From: Ruditapes philippinarum | Lineage: Eukaryota | Length of the DNA stretch: 64,000 nucleotides | Assembly: GCF_026571515.1 (NCBI RefSeq) | Contig: NW_026864815.1 | Location: 496,001-560,000, forward strand | Direction of reading: 5' to 3' | Shown: positions 39,901-51,900 of the stretch, piece after piece | Layout of the letters: each line of letters opens with the position of its first letter | Position numbering within the stretch: position 1 is the first letter of the stretch | Notes under the pieces: model-generated | What the model was told of the DNA's origin: nothing | The model's database searches: none | Seen by the model: the letters and a program-made list of their open reading frames with translations, nothing else | Made by a program: the position numbers and the translations under genes

Positions 39901-42900
39901 ATGTGTTTATGTCAAACAATGTACTGTTATTATGTAAAGTGCAATAACTATATTATATAATTTATTGTAATGGAAAACCAATATTTACCATTATATGTGT
40001 AGGATCAATATCAGTTATTTAGGGAGCCTAATAATAACACTTGTTTACTAGAAGTGATAAGTTGTAGACCTAAGTGTAGCACACATTTTCCTGTAAAAAT
40101 GATTAAAGTACTAAGTATATTTTTCAAGGTAGAAAGTCCTTCGTGTTCATCGCTAATTTAACATTTACCCTAATAAAAGATTGTTTAAGAACTTGGTTAA
40201 AATTACAAATTTTTAATTGTAATGTGAAAATAATAATGGTCAAAGTCTTGAAGTTAAGAGTCTGGCCAGACTGTATGGAAACACAGGCTGGTTTAGCTCT
40301 TTAACCCATTACCACCCAATATATCTTAAATGGACTGGTCCATCTGTCAATTTGAACAAAACCATTCATCATTTTTAGGGAAAATTTCAAATACATGTAT
40401 ATACTGACTGAAAACCGATCATTGCATACTGTGATCAGTCTGATCTGTTTCTGCTAGCAGGCTATGGGTTAGTCATAATATTTTGGCGTGCCAAATCTAG
40501 ATTCTGAGAAATTTTTGTTATGGGTCAGAAGAGGAAAGAGATATTGCCCTTATACAGATTGTCACAATATCTCATTGCATAGAACAATTAGCTGGACTAG
40601 CTAAGGGTAATTACTGGTTACTGATAAAAAGATTGAAAATATATACATTGTACAATGTATGTAAAAGATAATGATTGAATTTATAGGTTTGGACTGTAGT
40701 ACCGAGGTATGGGAGGAATCATGGACAAGATATGAGGATGAAACATCCCCAGCAGGTAGGGCCTCATCAGCCTCTGTTGTCATTGGAGATGAACTTGTTA
40801 TATCTGGTGGTTACGCCTTCGGTCAGTCAGTCGATTTTCTCATCATGTAAGTTTCCTTTATACTTGTCCCGTATAAAGATTTGTATAGTTTCCTCTGTAT
40901 GCCTTTGTGTTGTTTTTTTTACAGTTAAAATTCGACACCTGTTAATTTTTAAAAAGATCATTGCTGGACCATCTTAATGTCAATAAATTCATTTATTATA
41001 TACAGGTATATATTTAATGCATGCTTTACATTTTACTCTTCCCCACTTCATTATATCCTAGCATTGTAATACCCACTCAAGTAAAATACAAGTTCAAATT
41101 AAAGTACCCCTACAATTGCACTTGCATTTGTTTTCATCAACTAGTAACCAAGTTTGGCAGATTTCCCTTTTGAAGAAGTGGGCTATTTCTCTCTTCTCTG
41201 AGTCATTGTTGTTATACATTTCTCACATGGAGTCACTCTTTTTTAATGGAAAAATACAAAATACTCTCAGGGAGTTGCGATTAGATTCCTTGATCCACTG
41301 AGGATTTTACATATTTTTTCGTAATTTGTACTGCAACTATTATGATATTACTTGACTCTCCGGTCAAGTTTAACGATAATCAGTTCCTGAACAATGCTTA
41401 ATCTGAAAATGAAAATAATTGTTTAGTATTTGAAATAATTAGATCTGCATGCTGACCATAGCAGAGCATGCCTGATAATAACTTTTTCTATTATCATGTG
41501 ATAATTAGATAATGTTAATAGTATAAAGAAAGATACTTTATTTGGACCTATCAATACACTAAAGTGCATGTATTCTGTGTTATTGGATTATTGATTAAGT
41601 CTTTAGTGAGAGAATAAGAAAATAATGTCCATACTAAAGTATACTATAGTAAAGTACCTATAAGTATTACATTTATTATTGATAAGCTATTAGATGGTCA
41701 TATAATTCATGATAATGATCACTTTTATACATACATTAAAGCTGAGGGCTGCCAGGTTGATATATTAATTCAAAAATCAATCTGAAAAAAATTACATCAA
41801 TATTTTGAGAAAAACATGAGCACAATGCAAGAGAGATGCCAAATATGATAGAAATATTGGTTTTATGGCCATATGTATCACTTTGTACTAAGTTAAGGGG
41901 TTTTCTGAATAATTTGAAACTATAAATGAAATTTAAATGAAACTTCCCATCATGTTTGTCTCTATGAATAATATATAATGCAGTTCTGAACATAAATATA
42001 TTAATATATATGCGTATTTAATTGTTAAATGAAATTAAAATGCAAACAGAATCACCAAGTTATTTTTATATGATATGCCATGTGACATTAACAAGCCTTT
42101 GAAGTAACAATAACAAACATGGTGGAAAGTGCAAGTTTAAAACAAGTACATGTATAATGCATTCATTTGACAGGTACTTTATGGTACCATAGTTCGTTTT
42201 GAATGAAAAAATTTAGAAAGAAGAAATTTTGCCTATAATATGCCTTTAACCAGTGTCTATTGTGGGATTTGAAAAACAAGGGGGATTTTTAACGAATAGT
42301 GAGAATTTATTACGTTGATCTCTTTCTTTCTTTCTCTATGTGAAATCCCCCCCCACCCCCCACCCCCTGCCTCTGAAAAAAATAGGAGGGAATTCTCAAA
42401 CATATGGGTGAATCCCATATCCCCCATCCTAAAATAGACACTGCTTTAACTCATAATCATTATGTTTATTTCCCAAAGTCCCTTTTAAATGTACCATGTA
42501 TACATTACTTAGATTATATGATATATAATATATATTTATTTGTCACACAGGTACAATGTTACAGCTAACACATGGCAGACTGTTACACCCCTATCTACAG
42601 ACAATCCAGAATTCTTGTATGGGCATTCCATGATACTTTATAATGTAAGTAATTTTTTGTTCATTTATTGCTTAACTACAAAAAAAAGCCAATAACTCAT
42701 TTAACAGCATAGTTTAACATTTATATCATTTGTAAGGCTGAAATTTAACTTTTTAAAGCACTAGAATGCTAAATTTCTGCTTTATTTTTGGATTCATCCT
42801 CAGTATAAGGTATATAATGTAGGTGGAATAAGCTCCAGATTGTAATCAACATCAAGAATAGTAAATGTTTTCCATTGACAAAAGATAGGTCTTCCTTCAG

Positions 42901-45900
42901 TTATGTAAATCTTCAAAAAATCCTTAGTGAATTATATTGCTAAAGCTAAACAGCTTCAAATCATTAAGAATGTCTTGTTTGATGTAGAGAAAAAAGTATA
43001 GTAAATGTAATTAATTAAAAGAAACAATCCAATTCTTTCTGAAAGGCTTCTTCTGTTTCTTGGATATGTTGTGACGTATTTGATGCACTAGGTATTGATA
43101 TATTTAAGGCTTGTTTGTGTAAGTATGGTGGGGTGTAAGGGTAACATGATGATAAATCTATTTTAGATAGGTTTGAAAATTGTTTATATTTGTATGTTTA
43201 GTAGTACGATCAAAACATTTTCAGATGGATGATGATAGTTAAGTAAAGCAACACAGTAGTATGGTAGGCTGTCAGGGCAATAAGTTTCAAATAATGATAA
43301 AGTAAAGCAACACAGTAGTATGGTGGGGTGTCAGGGCAATAAGCTGCAGATAATGATAAAGTAAAGCAACACAGTAGTATGGTGGGGTGTCAGGGCAATA
43401 AGCTGCAGATAATGAGAAAGTAAAGCAACACAGTAGTTAGTTCTGGCTTCCATAACTTTATATGTCGCTTTTATTTTGACGTTGCGACAGTAAAGTTATG
43501 GGTCAACCCTATTTGCAAAGGCTACCAGAATTTGACAGTTCGTGCGCGGTACATAAAAACTTCTTTAAATCACCCTTATTAATAAAATTTGGGTCAAATA
43601 AAAATACCAATTGATAAACAAATCAATTTTGAACCAATTCACGTTTTGTTTTTAAATGAAACTTCAATGACTTTGTGTACCCAACTATTTTTAGAGAAAT
43701 ATGTAGAGAATGTTTACCAATATGGAGTCTGCCTTCAAATGAGATCTCGCGGGACTTCATGTTTTGGAAATTCTAGCATCTATTTTTAGTAACGGACCGT
43801 ACATTATTTTTAGTAAGTGTATGATTTTTATATAAAAACAAACAAATAATTCATAAATCATCACTTAAAACAATATAAATCCAACATGTTTTTGGTACAA
43901 TGCCTATTATTGAATAAATACACCGTTATTCATAATTGCAAAGCCATGTTTTTCAGTTAAAAATAGCATTTGGGTCACGTGTCACCAAAAGTCATGCAAA
44001 GGTATCCGAACCTAAATTCTCGCTGGTCACGTGATAATTAAGGCAGCAATGGCGGCGAATTTTATGAAATGTGAACCCGCTGATAAACTTTGAGGCAATA
44101 TTTCATCAATCTAACTTTCTGTGTTAAAAAATATAGACTGAAGGGTCCCAAATATATCTAACTACCTGTATTAAAATAGCTTTTGTCCAGATCACGCAAA
44201 TTTATTGAATTACAGCATGACATAAAAATGTCACGGTTCTGGTTGACTTTCGATACGGGGTTGGCTTCAGCGAACAGGTCTAGCAATACTATAAAACCTG
44301 TTCGCTGAAGTATCTTTAGCTACACAGTAGTATGGTAGGCTGTCAGGGAAATAAGTTTCAAATAATGATAAAGTAAAGCAACACAGTAGTATGGTGGGGT
44401 GTCAGGGCAATAAGCTGCAGATAATGATAAAGTAAAGCAACACAGTAGTATGGTGGGGTGTCAGGGCAATAAGCTGCAGATAATGAGAAAGTAAAGCAAC
44501 ACAGTAATATGGTGGGGTGTCAGGGCAATAAGTTTCAAATAATGATAAAGTACAGCAACACAGTAGTATGGTGGGCTGTCAAGGCAATAAGTTTCAGATA
44601 ATGATACAGTAAAGCAAAACAGTAGTATGGTGGGGTGTCAGGGCAATAAGTTTCAGATAATGATAAAGTAAAGCATAAAAATATGGTGGGCTGTCAAGGC
44701 AATAAGTTTCAGATAATGATAAAGTAAAGCAAAACAGTAGTATGGTGGGGTGTCAGGGTGTATGACCTATATTTATATATATTTCAGGATTGTTTATATT
44801 TGTATGGTGGGGTATCTGGGCAACATATTGAAAGTCGTCTGTGGATTTACAATATAACACAGCAGAGATGGTCATATGAACAGTTTAATGAAACCGATGC
44901 CATATCTGGTCATACTGCAGTTGTTGTAAACAGTACCATGTATATTATTTTTGGACACAGTCCGATATATGGTTACAGGAACAAAGTGAGAGAGTTGAGA
45001 TTAGGTAATGTACAATAGAGATATAATATGTGCCTTATTTTGAGTAAAAAATATTTAAATCCTATACTAGTTTGCAAAAAAAAATAAAAAAATAAGTAAA
45101 TAAATACACTTTCATATATACTATTGTTGAAGAAATCTTTATGATCAGAATTTTACAATAATTGGGCATAAATGTGTTGGAATCAGGTGTCCAGCTAAAT
45201 GGGCCATGTCACAGTCATAATATGCTTGTGAATGGAGGGTTGTGTCTTGTCCATGACTTTGTCATTCATGAATGGATATTGAAATAATTCTGCATAATTT
45301 TTAGACACATTGAGCTGCCATGTCTCATGCAAAATTAAGGAATGTGGCTAAAAAATTATCAATATTTTTCAGATATGTAAGGTTAAAATATAAGTATTCT
45401 GTGTGCACTTTTCTTAAATGAATTCTTCAATAGTATGGTATCTTAATTTTTGTTTTATTTTTGTTTATCACCAGACTCTAATGATTTGAATATAAAAACT
45501 GTGAAAACAAACGGAGCTCTTGTTAAAGGTGGTTACGGACATACAAGCGTGTATTATCATCGGACAAAGGAGATATATGTATATGGAGGTTACATCTCGG
45601 GAGTTAGCAGTAATCTCTACTCACTCACAGATAAACTCTACTCTTTTAACCCTGTCAATAAACATTGGTAAGTCTGTATAATTGTCAAATCATAAGAATT
45701 AACCCTTTCCCCCATGAGCATATTGTGAAAACTGGCCATTTTCACTGAAATGCCTCCTGTTACAAGTTCAAACTGCTATAAAACTATGAAAAATGCTTCA
45801 ATACTAATCAAACTTAGCACAAATGTTGACTGGACCATTGCCTTTGTAACGACATGCTCAGTCTTAAATTTCCTGTTACCATGGCAACGAGGGGACATCT

Positions 45901-48900
45901 CAAAATTGCCAAAAATCACTTTTTTGCCTCGATTTTTTCCATCAAAATTTATTTCAAAGTGCTGCAACTTCTCAAGGGATTGAGATAGAGTCAAAGGCTT
46001 TTTCAGCGTTGGTTACACGTTACCTTATGATCGACCTGGGGTCATTTTAAGCCTCTCACAAGTCCAAAATTTTCTTGGCGATGAGGGGGACTCTGCCCCC
46101 CTTCAAACCCCCCAAACAGAAGGGGGCACATCCCCCTTCTGGCAACCCCCTGATGTAATATTTGGATGGGGGACGGCGCCGAAAAAATGGTCACTTTTTT
46201 TAACAACATTTCTCAAACAAAAGACAGTGTTTGGGGCCTAAATAGGGCATTTTTTCACTGTTTGAGGCCTCAAAAAAGGGGGGGGGGGGCAAAAAGCCGT
46301 CGAAACACGCTTTTATAAGGGAAAAGGTTAAGGTAGAAAATAAAATTTGTTGTTGTTGTTAAAAATAAAGAATCCTGTCAAAACCTCTTACTAAATTAGA
46401 AAAAAAGGCGGACAATTTGTTTCCCGATCGTCTATTTTTAGAAACAATCAGACTGGTGAGTTATAAATAGCGCTGGGGATGCTGTGTTGAAGAAAGCTTA
46501 GCATTGATATGATAGACTTTAGCAAGATAAAAGTACTGAAATACTTAGTTTGAAACAGCACAGAATTGTTTATCCGACAAAAAATTAAAGCTAAAGGCCA
46601 CTTAAAGCTCTCTTATCAAAGCTCTTTGTAAATGTTGATCCATTAGGGTCACTTTGTAAGTCCAAATGAATATGTGTAGTAGATATTGATTTACTATTGC
46701 AAAGTGTAAAATTTTGATTATAAATGAGCTGCGTCATGACAAAACCAACATAGTGCGTTTGCGACCAGCATGGATCCAGACGAGCCTGCGTATCCGCGCA
46801 GTCTGATCAGGATCCATGCTGTTAGCTATCAGCTTCTCTACTTGTTATAGTGTTTTTAAGCGAACAGCATGGCTCCTGATCTGACTGTGCGGATGCACAG
46901 GCTGGTCTGGATCCATGCTGGTTGCAAACCCATTATATTGGTTTTGTCATGACGGGGCTCAAATAGAATTTGTAAACTGATTGATGAAGTATTTACCTGT
47001 ATAAAATACGATCATGGCCATTTAGTGGCTAAAAAAGAATTCATTCAGTAATATACATGCTACAAATATATTTGTATTACAGGAAAATTCTTGCCAGTAG
47101 CGGCTCTGTGCGTTACTTACATTCTGCGGCATGGTTAGGGGACCTAATGCTAGTGTTTGGAGGGAACACACACAATGATACATCAATAAGTCTCGGTGCA
47201 AAATGCTACTCTCCAGACTTCATGGCATATGATCCAGGTATTAATACATGTATACATAAAACCTATTATTCTATTAAGTTTCAATGGGTGAGTCCTTTAG
47301 AAGAGTATTGTCATTTTATATTTTGGAGGAAAGTGCAAGATACAGACACAGAAAGATGCCCAAATTCCAGAACCTTCTCTTGGTTCTTTAGCATGCTAAA
47401 TGTTTAAGCTCTCATACACAGAACCTTGGTTTAAAGTCTCTTCCGAAAATATCAAATTAAGTTGACCAGCCCGGGAATCGAACTCACAATGTCAAGATTA
47501 CAAGTCTTGCACACTAACCGATTGAGGTATGTGGGCTTGCTTACAGAAGAGCTTACCTGGAGACTTTATTTTATATTTTTCTAAATGGCAAAGTTAGTGA
47601 AGCTTTGTGAGATCATTATTTAATCCATTTATTGAAAAGCAGCATTTATTTTAAGGACTATAGATAAGGTTAATAAGTATCATTTGACTTCTAAATTGCT
47701 TATCTACCTTAAAATTGAAAACAAAAACTGTTGGACATTTTTGCATTTTCATCCAGTTTCAGTCTTAACTATTATATGTTTTGTATATGTTATGTTACCT
47801 TAGTGCATTAACAGGTTATCTCCTTATGTAATTGAATAGGAGTTATCCTGTTACTGAACTAAGGCAATGAATAGTACTATATTCTATGAGTATCATGCAT
47901 GGAAACAAACATTGGTTTAATGAACATTCTTCAGTTATTTAAACCATGATCAAAATATTTTCAGAACAAATTTTACACTCAAAGATGCAATAGTTTAGAA
48001 GAATAAAGTTAGATAATGTCATTTAAGAGAGACTTCACTCAATAAAGTATATTCCTCCAACTATTTTCCAAGATGCAATAGTTGAGAAGAATTAAGTTAG
48101 ATAATGTCATTTAAGAGAGACTTCACTCAATAAAGTATATTCCTCCAACTGTTAAGAATGCTGTTGGTAATGTATTTCAGAGTGCAATTCATGGAGATAT
48201 CTGGATTCTATCGACATTTTACCAAATGGTGCTAGATATGGACACATTGCTCAAGCTGTCACAAGGTAAGCGAAACTAAATGATTGTTTAGTTTACAATA
48301 GTTTACATATATGCAACTTAAAGGTACTCCACTTGACAGGACAGGAAATATTTTTCCAAGATTTCTGTATAATTGATGAAGGTTTGGACCAATATGTTTT
48401 TTATGCCCCCGCCATATAATGGCCGGGGCATATAGTGTTACCCTGTTCCGTCATTCCGTGCTTCCGTCATTCTGTCATTCCGTCATCATCAGTTTCCATT
48501 CATTATCTTAGTAACGGTTGCACACATTCAACTTAAATTTGGCATATGGATATGTCATGAGAAAATACAGGTCAAGTTCGAATTTAGTCATGGTTGATAA
48601 TTTTTGGCAGAGTTATGCCCCTTTCACTTTGAAAATAATATGGAATTCTCAATTTGTCATTATCTCCTCTAGGGAATTACACAACTAATTTAAATTTGAC
48701 ATATGGGTACATCAAAGAAATACGCAGGTCAAGTTCAAATTTTGTCATTGTTCGATGATTTTTGGCAGAGTTATGCCCCTTTAACTTTGAAAAAAAAAGA
48801 GGAAATTTTCAGTTCCCATTCATATTCAACTCAAATTAAAGGTATGGATATGTCATAAGAATGCATTGGTCAATTTCCAATTTGGACATGGTTTGATGAT

Positions 48901-51900
48901 AGCTGACAGAGTTATCCCTCTTGAACTTTGAAAAAAAAATCGGAAACTTTAAGTTTCAGTTCATTATCTCCCAAATGGTTGTACACATTCAACTCAAATT
49001 TGACATATAGATACATCTTAGGAATAAGCAGTTTAAGTTTGAATTTGGTCGTGGCTCAATGATTTTGGACAAAGTTATCTCCCTTCAATGTTGGAAAAAT
49101 TTTGAATTTTCAGTTTCAGCACTCATACTTTGGTTGAAATGTATGTAGCCATTAATTTGGCTAGAAATATGCAATATGAAATTTACAAAAGGCTATCACT
49201 GAGTAGTTTCAGTGCCTTTAACTTTGTTTAAAAATGGTTTGTGTTAACATTGAATAGTTTTAAGGGCTTTGAACTTAAAATGAAAAAAATAATTTGTGCA
49301 AACAAATTTGGAACTAAATATTATAACATACATGTATGAAATTTTGGCTGCATGCGGGGGCATCTGTGGCATGACAACACATTTCTAGTTTATGTTTTAG
49401 ACCTTAAGACCTCAGTGGAGTTCCTTAAAAGCTAAATGCTTTCAGATGAGCCAAAATATTTCAAGAAAATCAAATTTGAAGAAAAATGTACTAGGGTTTT
49501 AAAAAAAAAAATGAATTTCAAGATTCAAGTTATAATTTACATGCTATAGACTTCAGAAATGAAAAAAAAAGTTATGTATTATATAGAAAAGAAATTTAAT
49601 ATTTTATTATCTAGAAAAGAAATTTAATAATAACTTATATTTAGTTTTAGTTACCTTAGTTTATGCCAGTTGTATTCTAAATTTAACTTGTTCTTTATTT
49701 CAACAACAGAAAAGTGTTGTTTAAATTTTTTCAGGAGATTTTTTTCTACTATTATATTTTACCCTGGATAAAGTAAAAGATTAGGAACTCTTTAAGTAAA
49801 CATTGATTGAAAAGCAGTCTTTTTGTGTTTATTTCAGCTCGGACAAAAAGAGAGAGTTGATGTATATTTTTGGAGGGTTCACTGGTATAATGGAAAATGA
49901 TATTTTGATATATGAGCCAGGTGATTGTTGTTTTCTTTCTAATAACCTCCAAGAATATGAAAAATTCTTTGTTGACAATGTGGTAAAGGATGATAAAAAT
50001 TAGGGATGGCAACGATTAACCGGTTAACCGAGTACTCGATCGAACGTCCGAATATCGGTTAACAAAATTGATATTCGATTACTCGGAAAAAAATGTATAA
50101 TTTCTATTTTATTTGCTATTTAGACAGTTTGGTGTATCCAATTAGTTCAGAAATTCGGAGATGTGCATATATCTTCATAAATACATGTTAAATGTAATCA
50201 CAACTTCCTTGCAGAGGTGCGAAAATAATATCATAAATTTAAAGAGGCGATCAACAGTTTGACATGCGCATATGTGTCGCTTACGTCATCCGGCCACTTA
50301 TGATATTTAGTAACCTTTAATTGTGTAACACAGCGCAGTTTGTACCCGAATCTTGTTTAAAGGTAACATTTTTAAAAAAACAAAATGTTATTATGATATA
50401 ATAATTAAAGTTGTATTTAGACCCGGTTAAATTTTTGTTGCCGCCGATCAGTCTATTTTATTACAAGAAGAAAAAGATATTAAAATGTTTTAAACTTGAT
50501 ATTGCATTAATTAAAATGTTCTCAAAATGTTGTTGATTTAATTTTGATTTGTCTCCTTTGCAATTTAAATAGAAAACGAAAGTAGCATGCTGATGGTGTT
50601 GATATTGTGTGATAAACTTTGAAGATCATTGGAAATCGTCCGAGTAACCGAGTACTCGATCGGAAAAATGACCGAGTACTCGAGTATTGATGTTGGTATT
50701 CGTTGCCATCCCTAATAAAAATACATGGTTTTAACTTCTATATATATCTGGACCATGTTAGACAAGGTGCATTATCATGAAAGCAATATTTTTAAGAGTT
50801 AGCTCCTTTTTAACTTAGAATTTTGTCAAAAATGCCTAATAAGTTGTATGATTTCAAAACTATGAATGGTAGCAACATGAAAATATAACTATTTTTGGGC
50901 TAGGGAAAACTGCCTTTATTTGACTGTCAAATATAGGGGATAAAGTCGCTTTCAGTATAATGTACTTGTGTGCTTTCAGACCAGGCTGTATACTGTTGGC
51001 CAGCTCAATTTTGTTATTGAAATCCCTAAAAATTTGAATTGATTGTCCCAAATTTAAATCCATTACACAAATCAGTGGGTAGACAGATTTTGTTATTTAA
51101 ATCTTTTAGGTGCATGTACATATACAAACAAAACATCGTGTGTTACAAGTTTTCCTGGAAGAGTATGTGCATGGACTGACTATGGCTGTGATGATCTATT
51201 GTCTGCAAGAGATGGCGTACTGGCAGGGCTAACAACTGATATTACAAGAGACAAGTGTGAGCCTTTAAAAGGTAAGTTATTTTAGATTACTTTTACGTGA
51301 CTAGTTTTTAGGTAAGTGCACTTTTTAAAATGAATATTTGTGTTTGTTAGCTTGGCGCAATATGGCGAGAATTTGATTTGGTACTGGGGGGGGGACCCTG
51401 GTGGAATCCTTTGACTAGGTGAAGTCTCGAGAGACAAATGAGCCGCGTCATGACAAAACCAACATAGTGCGTTTGCTACCAGCATGGATCCAGACCAGCC
51501 TGCGCATCCGCGCAGTCTGATCAGGATCCATGCTGTTCGCGTACAAACACTATTACAAGTAGAGAAACTGAATTTTAAAAAATGAGACACTGTTGTCTAT
51601 GTTATGCAAGTTTCTTGAATAGAATCGTTAGATTAAAGGCATATTATGCCTCAGAAATGAATATAGTTTTCCTTCTTAAGAAAGAGCAAACATTAATTTA
51701 ATAACCTTGAAATAATAGTTAAGAGCATGTTAGATGCTTATCACTCTAAGAAATTAGCACTAAATATGAAAATAACTTGTTATAAAAGTAGCAAAATGTA
51801 AACTAAGTAGTTATTTTGACTTCCATACAAAATACTAAATCATTATACTGTAGTAATTGCCAAAAGGCAGCAGGAGCTAAAGATGGTTCAGGTAATTGGC

